From Alphaproteobacteria bacterium (GTDB taxonomy: Bacteria > Pseudomonadota > Alphaproteobacteria > SP197), in assembly GCA_965228895.1 (NCBI GenBank), contig OZ245842.1:2528001-2592000 (forward strand): a DNA stretch of 64,000 bases. The letters run 5' to 3'. Positions 8,362 through 18,327 of the stretch are shown piece after piece (position 1 is the first letter of the stretch; each line of letters starts with the position of its first letter). A program made the position numbers and the translations under genes. The notes beneath the pieces were generated by a model. The model was given only the letters and a program-made list of their open reading frames with translations. It had not been told where the DNA came from and made no database searches.

Positions 8362-9734
8362 GCCGAACCTCCGTAGCGGCGACATAAGAGTTCGAAGACG
8401 GCGCGGCTGCCTTGGGGGTCGCCACCCTTGGGCCGTCCGGGGCGGTCACTCAGACTCCAGCACAGCGTATCGATGTGCAGCCAAGGCACGTCGGTGCCGA
8501 CGAAGTTTTCAAGGAACAAAGCTGCCTGAATGTGATCGGCATACGGCCAATCGGCGATCGTGTTGGTGTCCGCGATATTGCTTGCCATCTTCTCTCGGTA
8601 GTCGCCCCAGATCGGGATCGGCCACATGCCGTCGTCAACGTCGTGGGATAGCGCGACTGCTTCATCGGAGAGCGTCTCGTCGTTGGCGAAGAGTGCCGGC
8701 AGATCAGGCCCCAGAGCCGCCCGTGCCGCGCCCGTCAACGTCGCCATATCAATCAGGAGTTCCGGTGGTTCTTCAACCGCGGCGGCCAGCGCATCGGCCA
8801 GGATGACACGGCCCTCCGCATCGGTATCGCCAATCTCGATGGTCGTGCCCTTGCGTGTCTTGATGACATCCATCGGACGGTAGGCGTCGCCGTCAACGGC
8901 GTTGTCGACAGCGGGAATAAGAACACGCAAACGTACACCAAGCCCCTCGCCCATCACCATGCGCGCGACCGCCAGCACGGCGGCGGCACCGCCCATGTCC
9001 TTCTTCATGCGTAACATGCCCGCGGCGTTCTTGAGGTTCAGGCCACCGCTGTCGAAACACACACCCTTGCCGACCAGCGTGACCGATGGCGCGCCCGGTT
9101 CACCCCACACCAAGTCGATCAGCCGGGGATGCCGGCTGCTGGCGCGACCGACCGCATGGATCGCCGGATAGTTGGCGTCCAGCAGTTCCCCACCTTCGAT
9201 GACGTTACAGGACCCACCAAAGTCGTTCGCCATGTCCATCGCGACAGCAGCCAGGTCACCGGGACCCATGTCCTCGGCCGGCGTGTTGATGAGGTCGCGC
9301 GCCATCCAGACCGCTTCGGCGATACCTGCAGCGCGACCGATCGCTTCACCCTCTGGCAACACAAGACGCGCGGCTTGGCCGGCGATATCGCGATAGCGGT
9401 CGAACCGGTAAGCACCCAACGCCCAGCCTAGATAGAGCGACTCAGACTGCGCCGGTGCGGCTTCAAGGCGATAGTCGCCAGGCGGTAATCCGTAGGCAAG
9501 ACCGCCGGTGGTCCATAGATCCGGCGCCTCGCCAAGGCCGACCACAACGCCTTCCAGGCTGCCTTTTATGCCGGGCAGGCCGCACCACGCACCAGCCTTC
9601 GCGTCAAAACCCATGTCCTTGACCCAGGTCGACAGGCGAGCCGGCTGTGCGTCCAGCCAGGCGGTCAGACCGTCTGTGCCGACCAAATGGATCGGCAGCG
9701 CGTCTGGCGTCTCGGCGGCAAAACAGGAGAGCAT
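8358..9734 (-). CDS. M17 leucyl aminopeptidase family protein (divergent copy)
   Basis: Motifs VGKGVCFDSGG, MKKDMGG, DTDAEGR, DMATLTGA. Confidence 0.9.
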   Translation of the reverse strand: MLSCFAAETPDALPIHLVGTDGLTAWLDAQPARLSTWVKDMGFDAKAGAWCGLPGIKGSLEGVVVGLGEAPDLWTTGGLAYGLPPGDYRLEAAPAQSESLYLGWALGAYRFDRYRDIAGQAARLVLPEGEAIGRAAGIAEAVWMARDLINTPAEDMGPGDLAAVAMDMANDFGGSCNVIEGGELLDANYPAIHAVGRASSRHPRLIDLVWGEPGAPSVTLVGKGVCFDSGGLNLKNAAGMLRMKKDMGGAAAVLAVARMVMGEGLGVRLRVLIPAVDNAVDGDAYRPMDVIKTRKGTTIEIGDTDAEGRVILADALAAAVEEPPELLIDMATLTGAARAALGPDLPALFANDETLSDEAVALSHDVDDGMWPIPIWGDYREKMASNIADTNTIADWPYADHIQAALFLENFVGTDVPWLHIDTLCWSLSDRPGRPKGGDPQGSRAVFELLCRRYGGSA

Positions 9735-9740
9735 GATGCG

Positions 9741-11114
9741 TTAACGCCCGTAACGTTCTTCCAGCAGGGCAAACAGACCACGCACCGCCATCGGCTCGCC
9801 GCCCGCCGGGCGACCGGGTCGGCCACTAAGATTCCACCCCATGATGTCGAAGTGGGCCCACGGGATCCCATCATCGACAAAATGCTGCAGGAACAAGGCA
9901 GCCGTGATGGCGCCGGCACCTGGACCGGACCCCGCGTTGTTGATGTCGGCGACGTCGCCCTTGATCATCTGTTGATACGGCTGCCATAGCGGCAGGCGCC
10001 ACGCGGGATCGGTATGGTCGGCGCCGGTCCTTCGGATGGTGTCGGCAAGGTCGTCGTCGTTACAGAAGAACGCCGGCAGGTCGGGACCCAGCGCAACGCG
10101 CGCGGCGCCAGTCAGGGTCGCCATGTCGATCAAAAGATCGGGCTTTTCGCTCGACGCTTCGGCCAGGGCATCACACATGATGACGCGCCCCTCAGCATCG
10201 GTGTTGCCGATTTCGATGGTGATGCCCTTGCGCGTCTTGATAACGTCGAGCGGGCGATAGGCGTTGCCGGCGACACTGTTCTCGACCGCCGGCACCAGGA
10301 CCCGCAAGCGCACCTTCAAACCGAGCCGCATGATCATGCCCGCCAACGCGAGGACACTGGCGCTCCCGCCCATGTCCTTTTTCATGAGTTTCATGCCGCT
10401 TGCCGGCTTCAGGTCGAGCCCGCCTGAATCGAAACACACGCCCTTGCCCACCAAGGTCAACTTGGGCGCGTCTTTATCGCCCCAGCGGATATCGATCAGG
10501 CGCGGCGGCCGCTGGCTCGCCCTGCCGACCGTATGGATCGAGGGGTAGTTCTGGGCCAGCAGGTCATCGCCGACGGTGATCTCGCACGTTGCTCCGCAGT
10601 GATCGGCAAGCGCCTCGGCGGCGTCGGCGAGCTCCTCCGGCCCCATGTCTTCGGCCGGCGTGTTGATGAGATCGCGCCCGAGGTAGAGGCTCTCGGCCAT
10701 CGCGGTGACGCGGTCTTCGCTGGCTTCGCCGGGCATCGCGAGCTTGGCGCGCGGTTCGGTATCGCGATACCGGGTAAAACGATAGCTCCCCAATGCCCAA
10801 CCCAGCGCCAGATCGTTCGCCTCACCGGAACCAAGCGCGCCATCGACGTCATAGACCAGGTTCGACGGCAGTACGCCCGGCAAACTGCCCAGCGAAAAGA
10901 CGTTGGTCCCATCGCCGACCCCAACGAGAACCCGTTCGATGTCACCGCTGGCAGAGGGGATCAGAAGATGCGTGTGCTCTTTCGCTTCAAATGTGTTGGC
11001 GCGGACCCAGGCCGCATCCCGCGCGGCAGCAGCCTCCAACCACTCGGTCAGACGCTCCGGCGTCAAAAGGATGAGAGGGACGACATCGCCGTCGGCCGCA
11101 GAAAAGCAGTCCAT
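9741..11114 (-). CDS. M17 leucyl aminopeptidase (PepB-like)
   Basis: Motifs VGKGVCFDSGG, MKKDMGG, ENSV, NTDAEGR, DMATLTGA, HFDI. Confidence 0.92.
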   Translation of the reverse strand: MDCFSAADGDVVPLILLTPERLTEWLEAAAARDAAWVRANTFEAKEHTHLLIPSASGDIERVLVGVGDGTNVFSLGSLPGVLPSNLVYDVDGALGSGEANDLALGWALGSYRFTRYRDTEPRAKLAMPGEASEDRVTAMAESLYLGRDLINTPAEDMGPEELADAAEALADHCGATCEITVGDDLLAQNYPSIHTVGRASQRPPRLIDIRWGDKDAPKLTLVGKGVCFDSGGLDLKPASGMKLMKKDMGGSASVLALAGMIMRLGLKVRLRVLVPAVENSVAGNAYRPLDVIKTRKGITIEIGNTDAEGRVIMCDALAEASSEKPDLLIDMATLTGAARVALGPDLPAFFCNDDDLADTIRRTGADHTDPAWRLPLWQPYQQMIKGDVADINNAGSGPGAGAITAALFLQHFVDDGIPWAHFDIMGWNLSGRPGRPAGGEPMAVRGLFALLEERYGR

Positions 11115-11192
11115 CAAGACCTCGTTGATCAGCAGAGGCGCGAGCCTAGAGCAAGTTGGTTTGCCATTACATCAATCAAAAGCAGACTCGTC

Positions 11193-11666
11193 CTAGGCGG
11201 GCACGTCCATGTGATCGAGCGGCAGCGCGGTCGAATATTTGACCTGCTTCAACGCGAAACTGGATCGGATGTTTGCGACACCCGGCGCTTTTGACAGGTG
11301 GTCCAGCACAAAGCTTCGATAGGCGTTGAGGTCGGGTACGACGATACGCAGCAGATAATCGTGATTGCCGGTCATCAGGTAACACTCGACGACCTCGGGC
11401 CTGGCCCGCACCGCCTCCTCAAAAGCCTCGAGCAGCGCTTCGATCTGACGTTCCAGGGAAACCTGGGCAAAGACGCTGACGCCAATGCCAACCTCAGACG
11501 GCTCCAGAAGGGCGACGTATTGGCGGATGACGCCCGCCTTTTCGAGCTCGCGGACACGGCGCAAGCAGGGCGATGGCGACAAGCCGACCTGCCCGGCCAG
11601 CTCCACGTTGGTCGCGCGTCCGTCGTGTTGCAGGTTCTCCAGAATTCTGCGATCGAACTGATCCAT
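11193..11666 (-). CDS. Lrp/AsnC family transcriptional regulator
   Basis: HTH motif LAGQVGLSPSPCLRRVRELE plus a C-terminal RAM domain (CYLMTG.DYLL). Confidence 0.93.
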   Translation of the reverse strand: MDQFDRRILENLQHDGRATNVELAGQVGLSPSPCLRRVRELEKAGVIRQYVALLEPSEVGIGVSVFAQVSLERQIEALLEAFEEAVRARPEVVECYLMTGNHDYLLRIVVPDLNAYRSFVLDHLSKAPGVANIRSSFALKQVKYSTALPLDHMDVPA

Positions 11667-11806
11667 GACTGTTCCTTGCTGAAAATGCTAAAACAGCAGC
11701 ATCTTATTGCGTCAATTGTGGATCGAACAGGATTCTTCGCACTGACGTGCCGGATGTCGATCTCTAGGATGGCGTCCAGGCTATCGTAACCTCCAAGAGG
11801 CTCGCC

Positions 11807-14185
11807 ATGAGCGTCACGCCCATTCGCGCCGGGATCGTTCCACCGTCATCTGCTCTGGATGCCCATGAGGCTGCCTGCCTCAGCGCGCTCGAGCGTAAGG
11901 TCCTGTGGCTCGCCAGTTGGATGATCCACAACGCCAACCATCTGCGCCCGAAGCGGGACGGCCTGAAGGTCGGTGGCCATCAGGCGTCGTGCGCGTCGAT
12001 GGTGCAGATCATGACCGCGCTCTACTTCCATGTGCTCAGGCCCCAGGACCGGGTCGCGGTCAAACCCCATGCCAGCCCCGTGTTCCATGCGATCCAATAC
12101 CTGCTGGGCCACCAGGACCGCGAACCCATGGAAAACTTCCGCGCGCTGGGCGGCGCCCAGGCCTATCCCTCCCGGACCAAGGACAATGACGACGTCGACT
12201 TCTCGACCGGTTCGGTCGGTCTCGGTGTCGCCATGACGTCGTTCTCCGCGCTGGTGCAGGACTATCTGGCCATGAAGGACATGCTGCCCGAGGGTGTTGA
12301 ACCCGGCCGCATGATCGCCCTGGTCGGCGACGCCGAGCTCGACGAAGGCAACATCTACGAGGCGCTGCTGGAAAGTTGGAAACACCAGATCCGCAATGTC
12401 TGGTGGATCATCGATTACAACCGCCAGAGCCTGGATAGCGTCGTCTCCGACGAGTTGTTCGGCCGCATAGAAGGGTTCTTCGAAGCAGTCGGCTGGGAAA
12501 TCACCATCCTGAAATACGGCAAGAAGCAGGAAGCCGCGTTCGCCCAGCCCGGCGGCGAGGCGCTGAGAGACTGGATCGCCGATTGTCCGAACGACCTTTA
12601 TTCGGCGCTCTGCTTCAAGGGCGGCGCGGCCTGGCGCGAACATCTGAACAACGTCTTCAAGCCGAGAACGGCGACCGCCAAACTGATCGCTCAGTACGAC
12701 GACGACGGCCTGCACGCCCTGATGACCAACCTCGCCGGCCACGACATCCAGACGCTGGTCGAAGCCTTCGATGCGGTGGACGACGACAAGCCACGCTGTT
12801 TCCTGGCCTATACGATCAAAGGCAACGGCCTGCCGCTGGCCGGTCACAAGGACAACCACGCGGGCTTGATGAGCCCGGAACAAATGGAGAGCTTCCAGAC
12901 CCAGATGGCGGTGCCCGAAGGCGCTGAATGGGACCGATTTGCCGGTCTGGACATCGGCGGCGAAGACCTTCAGGCGTTTCTTGACGACGTCGCCTTCGCC
13001 AAGACTTATCCGCGCCGCCATGACGCCGCGACCATTCCGGTCCCCGACAAGCTGGTGGTCGGCGGTGGCGGTGCCAGCATGTCGACCCAGGAGGCGTTTG
13101 GCCGGATCCTGAATGAAATCGCCCGCGATGAGGAGGAACTGGCCCGCCATATCGTGACGACCTCGCCGGATGTCACGGTCTCGACCAATCTCGGACCCTG
13201 GGTCAATCGACGCCATCTGTTCGACCGGCGCGGCCGCGACGACGTCTTCCGCAAGGAAAACGTCATGTCGGCGCAGACTTGGACGAAGTCGCAGAACGGC
13301 CAGCACATTGAACTCGGCATTGCCGAAAACAACCTCTTCATCCTGCTGGCGTCGCTGGGTCTGTCGCACAGCCTGTTCGGGACGCGCCTCTTACCGGTGG
13401 GCACGCTTTACGACCCCTTCATCGCCCGCGGTCTCGATGCGCTCAACTATGCCTGCTACCAGGATGCGCGGTTCATGCTCGTGGCGACCCCGTCCGGCAT
13501 CAGCCTGTCGCCGGAGGGCGGCGCGCACCAGTCGGTCACCACGCCCCTGATCGGTATCGGCCAGCCCGGACTTTCCTACTTCGAACCGGCTTTTGCCGAT
13601 GAGTTGGCCGTCATGATGCGCTGGGGCTTCGCCCACATGCAGGAACCTGACGGCGGTTCTATCTATCTGCGTCTGTCGACCCGACCGGTCGCGCAGATCA
13701 CGCGGGAGATGACAGACACGCTCGCGTCCGACGTCCTGGCTGGTGGCTACTGGTTGGTCGAGCCGGCGCCCGATACCGAAATTGCCGTCGCCTGTTCCGG
13801 CTCGGTGGCGCCGGAGGCGCTCGCCGCCGTCGAAGCGCTGCGCGAGGATATTCCGGGCGCCGGCCTGCTGGTCGTGACCTCGGCCGACCGCCTGATGGCG
13901 CAATGGCACGGCGCGCGGCGGCAACGCCGCGCCGGCCACAACCCCGGTGTCAGCCATGTTGAGACCCTGCTTTCCCGCCTGTCCGCCCATGCCGGGCTGA
14001 TCACGGTGCTGGACGGCCACCCGGCCACGCTGTCTTGGATGGCCGGTGTCGGGCGCCACAAGACCCAGTCGCTCGGCGTCGAGACCTTCGGCCAATCGGC
14101 GGATATCCTGGACCTCTACCGGGTCGCCGGCATCGATACGGATGCCATCGTCGATGCCGCCGCCAGGCTCTGCCTGACCGCCTGA
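11807..14185 (+). CDS. AceE/MdeB-type homodimeric 2-oxoacid dehydrogenase E1 (transketolase-like, ThDP-dependent)
   Basis: Motifs KVGGHQAS, KPHASP, STGSVGLG, the ThDP motif GDAELDEG...N, GIAENN, EGGAHQS. Confidence 0.85.
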   Translation: MSVTPIRAGIVPPSSALDAHEAACLSALERKVLWLASWMIHNANHLRPKRDGLKVGGHQASCASMVQIMTALYFHVLRPQDRVAVKPHASPVFHAIQYLLGHQDREPMENFRALGGAQAYPSRTKDNDDVDFSTGSVGLGVAMTSFSALVQDYLAMKDMLPEGVEPGRMIALVGDAELDEGNIYEALLESWKHQIRNVWWIIDYNRQSLDSVVSDELFGRIEGFFEAVGWEITILKYGKKQEAAFAQPGGEALRDWIADCPNDLYSALCFKGGAAWREHLNNVFKPRTATAKLIAQYDDDGLHALMTNLAGHDIQTLVEAFDAVDDDKPRCFLAYTIKGNGLPLAGHKDNHAGLMSPEQMESFQTQMAVPEGAEWDRFAGLDIGGEDLQAFLDDVAFAKTYPRRHDAATIPVPDKLVVGGGGASMSTQEAFGRILNEIARDEEELARHIVTTSPDVTVSTNLGPWVNRRHLFDRRGRDDVFRKENVMSAQTWTKSQNGQHIELGIAENNLFILLASLGLSHSLFGTRLLPVGTLYDPFIARGLDALNYACYQDARFMLVATPSGISLSPEGGAHQSVTTPLIGIGQPGLSYFEPAFADELAVMMRWGFAHMQEPDGGSIYLRLSTRPVAQITREMTDTLASDVLAGGYWLVEPAPDTEIAVACSGSVAPEALAAVEALREDIPGAGLLVVTSADRLMAQWHGARRQRRAGHNPGVSHVETLLSRLSAHAGLITVLDGHPATLSWMAGVGRHKTQSLGVETFGQSADILDLYRVAGIDTDAIVDAAARLCLTA

Positions 14186-14282
14186 TACCCCGGAATACCG
14201 GGCGAGTTATCCCCGTCCGACCCTGGCGCCCGCGCCCCCATGGTGTAACGTTTCTGTCTCACACGACAGCGGGGGGAGCATC

Positions 14283-15707
14283 ATGGCGCGCAGTGACTTG
14301 TGTTACATGTCGGCGACGGAGGCGATCAGCCTTTTCAAGCGCAGATGGCTATCGCCGGTCGAGCTGATGCAGGCGGTGATCAAACGGGCCGACAAGGTCA
14401 ACGGCAAGGTCAATTCCTTGACCGAAACCCATTACGAGCAGGCGCTTGAAAAGGCCAAAGTGGCCGAGACCAAGTACCGCAAGCGGGAGAAGGTCGGCCC
14501 CTTGGAAGGTATCCCGCTCGCCGTCAAGGACGAGGCGGAGATCGAGGGCTACAGGGCGAGCAGTGGCAGCCTGCCCCTCAAGGACAACATTGCGACGTCA
14601 ACATCCTTCTGTGTCGAACGCAGCTTCGATGCCGGCGCCATCATGCATGCGCGCACGACGACGCCGGAGTTTTCTTGCGCCGGCATCTGCCATACCAAGC
14701 TGTGGGGCGTCACCGGTAACCCCTGGAACACGGCGTACACGCCGGGCGGCTCATCGGGCGGCACCGGTGCCACGCTGGCCGCCGGCATGGCGACGATCGG
14801 AACCGGGTCCGACATCGGCGGATCGATCCGTATTCCAGCCTCCGCATCCGGTGTGGTCGGGTTCAAACCGCCATACGGTCGGAACCCGCAGGGTCACATC
14901 TTCAACCTCGACTTCTATTGTCACGAAGGGCCCATGGCGCGCTCCGTCGCCGACTGCGCGCTGCTGCAGAACGCCATGTCCGGCCCACACCCACGTGACA
15001 TCGCGACAGTCAGACCGAAACTCAACCTGCCGACCGAGTACAAGTCGGTAAAGGGCATGAAGATCGCCTGGTCGATGGATCTCGGTTACTGCGAGGTGGA
15101 CAAGGAGGTTCAAAAGAACACCAAGGAGGCGCTCAAAAAACTCTCCGATGCCGGCGCCATTGTCGAGGAGGTCGAGATCGGCTGGACGTCGGACGTGTTG
15201 ACCGCGGCGATGAACTACCTGGGCCACCTGTTCGGCAGCGTCATTTCACCGGTGGCCCGCCGTCACAGGAACGAGATGACGAACTATGCCCGGGCCTTCG
15301 CCGATTTCGGCAAAACGACGGACGGCGCGGACTTCGTCGACTCTCTGGAAGTGGCGGGCGAGATGTACGACACGTTCGGGCCGATGATGGAAAACTACGA
15401 TGCCTTCATCTGTCCAACGCTGGCCGTGCCCGCGGTTCCGGCCGATCTGGACTCAACGCGCGACAAGGTGCTGATCAACGGCAAAGAGGTCGATCCCATG
15501 TTGGGTTGGGCCATGACCTACCCCTTCAACATCCTGAGCCGCTGCCCGGTTCTGTGTGTGCCCAGCGGGCGGGCCAAGAACAACGTCCCGACCGGCATTC
15601 AGATTATCGGCCGCACCTATGACGATCGCAGCGTGTTCCGCGTTGGCCATGCCATCGAAGCCGCCGATCCCTGGTACACGTCAGCCAAGCACCGGCCGAA
15701 ACTCTGA
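14283..15707 (+). CDS. Amidase signature family enzyme
   Basis: Motifs GIPLAVKD, GGSSGG, GSDIGGSIRIPAS. Confidence 0.92.
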   Translation: MARSDLCYMSATEAISLFKRRWLSPVELMQAVIKRADKVNGKVNSLTETHYEQALEKAKVAETKYRKREKVGPLEGIPLAVKDEAEIEGYRASSGSLPLKDNIATSTSFCVERSFDAGAIMHARTTTPEFSCAGICHTKLWGVTGNPWNTAYTPGGSSGGTGATLAAGMATIGTGSDIGGSIRIPASASGVVGFKPPYGRNPQGHIFNLDFYCHEGPMARSVADCALLQNAMSGPHPRDIATVRPKLNLPTEYKSVKGMKIAWSMDLGYCEVDKEVQKNTKEALKKLSDAGAIVEEVEIGWTSDVLTAAMNYLGHLFGSVISPVARRHRNEMTNYARAFADFGKTTDGADFVDSLEVAGEMYDTFGPMMENYDAFICPTLAVPAVPADLDSTRDKVLINGKEVDPMLGWAMTYPFNILSRCPVLCVPSGRAKNNVPTGIQIIGRTYDDRSVFRVGHAIEAADPWYTSAKHRPKL

Positions 15708-15723
15708 TCCAGTAGAGAAGCGA

Positions 15724-15765
15724 AGAGCCCCGGTGCCGTCAGGCGCCGGGGCTCTCTTATGTTTT
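15724..15765 (+). terminator. Rho-independent terminator between convergent genes
   Basis: 14-bp stem AGAGCCCCGGTGCC / GGCGCCGGGGCTCT with loop GTCA, followed by CTTATGTTTT. Confidence 0.75.
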
Positions 15766-15782
15766 GACCTGCAGGACGGCCG

Positions 15783-16535
15783 TTACTGGGTCGACGACGC
15801 CAGGTCCTGGCCGGTCGAGCCGGTGGTCCGGTGCGCGGTCAACAGCGCCTGGGCCTGAGACAACTCCTCAGGCGTCATGTACTCGGCCAGATGATCACGG
15901 GCCTTGTTGCTGATCGCCAAGGTCTGCGACGCCAGGTCGTAGTACATGTAGGCAAGCGCGAAATCCTGCGGCGCGCCATAGCCTGAGCCGTACATGAAAC
16001 CGGCATGATACTGGGCTTCCGCATCGCCCTGCTCCGCGGCGAGAAGGAAGTACTCGAGAGCCCGAACGTGGTCACGCGAGATGACATCACCCTCGCGATA
16101 AAGCAGACCGACTTCGTACTGCGCCTGGGCGTAGCCCTGATCGGCCGCCTTGACCATCAAGGAGACGGCGCGGTCGATGTTCTGATCAACGCCATCACCT
16201 TCAAGATAGGCTTCGCCCAACTCAAGCTGAGCCGGTGCAAAGTCACGGTCGACCGCATCGGCGAAATAAGCATTCGCGGTGGTCAGATCGCGGTCAACGC
16301 CGACACCGTTCTGGTAGAGCATGCCAATGTTGAACTGGGCTGCGGGATAGCCCCTGTCGGCCAGAGGCTGCCAAATGGCCAGCGCCTCGTCATAGTTGCC
16401 CTGCTGATAGGCCGTCAGGCCTCGCTTGTACTCGGCGTAGTTATCGTTGCCCGCCAACGCGGCTTGTCCGCCAAGCGTCGTGACGACGAAAAGAGCAATC
16501 GCCAGGGTGGGAACGAACTTCAGCAATTCTCGCAA
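15783..16535 (-). CDS. Secreted Sel1-repeat (TPR-like) protein
   Basis: Repeats AQFNIG, AQLELG, AQYEVG, AQYHAG and a signal peptide. TTG start with a GGAGG RBS. Confidence 0.88.
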   Translation of the reverse strand: MRELLKFVPTLAIALFVVTTLGGQAALAGNDNYAEYKRGLTAYQQGNYDEALAIWQPLADRGYPAAQFNIGMLYQNGVGVDRDLTTANAYFADAVDRDFAPAQLELGEAYLEGDGVDQNIDRAVSLMVKAADQGYAQAQYEVGLLYREGDVISRDHVRALEYFLLAAEQGDAEAQYHAGFMYGSGYGAPQDFALAYMYYDLASQTLAISNKARDHLAEYMTPEELSQAQALLTAHRTTGSTGQDLASSTQ

Positions 16536-16549
16536 AGGACCAACCTCCT

Positions 16550-16951
16550 TCAATGCACGTGTTGCGTTTCGTCCGGTTGCACTTCTTGCAGCGCCCTAGT
16601 GGGACCGGCCTGATGATGAATCATGCGCCAGACTTTGTCTTCCAACGAAAAGATGTTCGTGGCGACAAGCATGCCTTCACCGACGGTCTCGTAACAAATC
16701 ACATATGCGCGTTTATCCTCCAAAAATACCCGCGCCCCGAGACACCTGACGGCGGGTGGACTGGCCAAGATCGCCTGCCAGCTTTTCATGACGGCGACCC
16801 GGTCGACCAAGGCCTGCCAGCCGGGGTGTATACATGAAACGTCGACTCTTGGCGACCATAGCGTCTCCATGGCCGCAACATCACCGGCCGCGAAGGCCTG
16901 GTAGAAGCCCAAGTTGGCAGCCAGAACGGCGTCTTCGGCCGGCGTGGTCAT
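16550..16951 (-). CDS. SnoaL/NTF2-like protein
   Basis: Motifs ANLGFYQAF, CIHPGW, ATNIF, WRMIHHQA. Confidence 0.85.
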   Translation of the reverse strand: MTTPAEDAVLAANLGFYQAFAAGDVAAMETLWSPRVDVSCIHPGWQALVDRVAVMKSWQAILASPPAVRCLGARVFLEDKRAYVICYETVGEGMLVATNIFSLEDKVWRMIHHQAGPTRALQEVQPDETQHVH

Positions 16952-18072
16952 GTCGGCCGTAAGTCGTTGATAACACTACCTAACGCGTCGACACACGAAC
17001 GCCCCAGGGCCGCGCAACGCGCCGGCGACCAGCCGTGGGTCGGGTCCGGCGTGATGGCGCTGTCCTTGAAGGGCTGTTCCAGGGTCATCGACAGACAATC
17101 AAATTTATGGGCGACGTATTTTGACGCGATTGTCAGGTTGGCGCCATCGGCGGATGGTCTGGGGTAGCCGTGTTCGGTCTGAAAATCCGGGTTGGCCGCT
17201 TTCAGCGCCTCGCAGAAGCGCTCGTTGAGGGCGAGCACGCGTTCGGCCAGCCCCGGGATGCCATAGGGTCCGACCACGAAGTTATAGGGCAGCGCCTCAT
17301 CGCCGTGGACGTCCAACATGAAATCGACGCCGGTCCGGGCCATGCGTTCGCGCACGACAAAGACCTCGGGACTGGTCTCCATGGAGGGTTCCTGCCACTC
17401 CCGGTTCAGATTGGCGCCCGCGGCATTGGTGCGCAGATGCCCGCGGAAACTGCCGTCCGGGTTCATGTTCGGCACGACATGAAAGGTGGCCTTGCGGCGC
17501 AGTTCGGCCGAAACGCTGTCGCCGGGGTCGCATAGCCGGTCAAGGAACCCCTCCATCCACCAGGATGCCTGGGTCTCGCCTGGGTGCTGCCGACCGATGA
17601 ACCAGCAGGGGCGCGGCCCCTCGCCTATCTCGAGATAATCGATATCGCGCCCATCGCAGGTTCGACCCAGGCTTGAGCGCCGCACGCCGTCGCGTACCTG
17701 CAATTCGGCCAGGAAGTCGGCCTGGCGAGCCAGACCATAGGGCGCGAAATAGGCGAACTCGACGACATCGGCCTCAGCCATATGTTCGATCACTAGCGCG
17801 CCGTTTTCATAGCGCGTGTCGACCCGGAACCAGTCTTGGCGGTCGTGACTGGCAACCGCGCGGTAGTCTTCCCAGCCCCGCGCATAGCTGGCCTCGCCCG
17901 CATTGGCGATGGTCAAGGTCACGGGCTTGCCCTTGATGCCGCCGACGCGGAAATAGAACCACTGCAGAAACTCCGCGGCCGTGTCCGGCCTGAGTGCAAG
18001 CCTGGCAGCACGGTCGCTGGTCAGTTCGACGACCTCGATGTTACCGCCGTCGAAACAGCTGTTGATCCACAT
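16948..18072 (-). CDS. M14 cytosolic zinc carboxypeptidase
   Basis: Motifs FDGGNI, WFYF, RQHPGE, NPDG, NLNREW, DVHGDE, TLEQPFK. Confidence 0.9.
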   Translation of the reverse strand: MWINSCFDGGNIEVVELTSDRAARLALRPDTAAEFLQWFYFRVGGIKGKPVTLTIANAGEASYARGWEDYRAVASHDRQDWFRVDTRYENGALVIEHMAEADVVEFAYFAPYGLARQADFLAELQVRDGVRRSSLGRTCDGRDIDYLEIGEGPRPCWFIGRQHPGETQASWWMEGFLDRLCDPGDSVSAELRRKATFHVVPNMNPDGSFRGHLRTNAAGANLNREWQEPSMETSPEVFVVRERMARTGVDFMLDVHGDEALPYNFVVGPYGIPGLAERVLALNERFCEALKAANPDFQTEHGYPRPSADGANLTIASKYVAHKFDCLSMTLEQPFKDSAITPDPTHGWSPARCAALGRSCVDALGSVINDLRPT

Positions 18073-18327
18073 GTAAACAAGTTTCCCGTGCCAATTCGCG
18101 CGCACAGTAGGGGTGCGACGCCGCAGAAAGCAACCGACTTGGCGTGGACAGGCCGGGCCAACTCGCCAAGGCAGGTCGGGCCTGCTCGACGACGAGGACG
18201 TCGGCCGCCTGTTCTTGGGTGGTTAAGAATTCTTACAATTAGCCCCGTCGAGGTCTTGGATCGATCACGTGGCCCGAGTAGCCTGTCGCGCGCCGCACCC
18301 TCCTGCCCTTAAGGACCAGTTCAAGAC

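Noticed and set aside
18224-18235. Perfect palindrome TAAGAATTCTTA in a divergent promoter region
   Set aside because: It could be an operator, but it is a single 12-mer with no second copy or cognate regulator seen.
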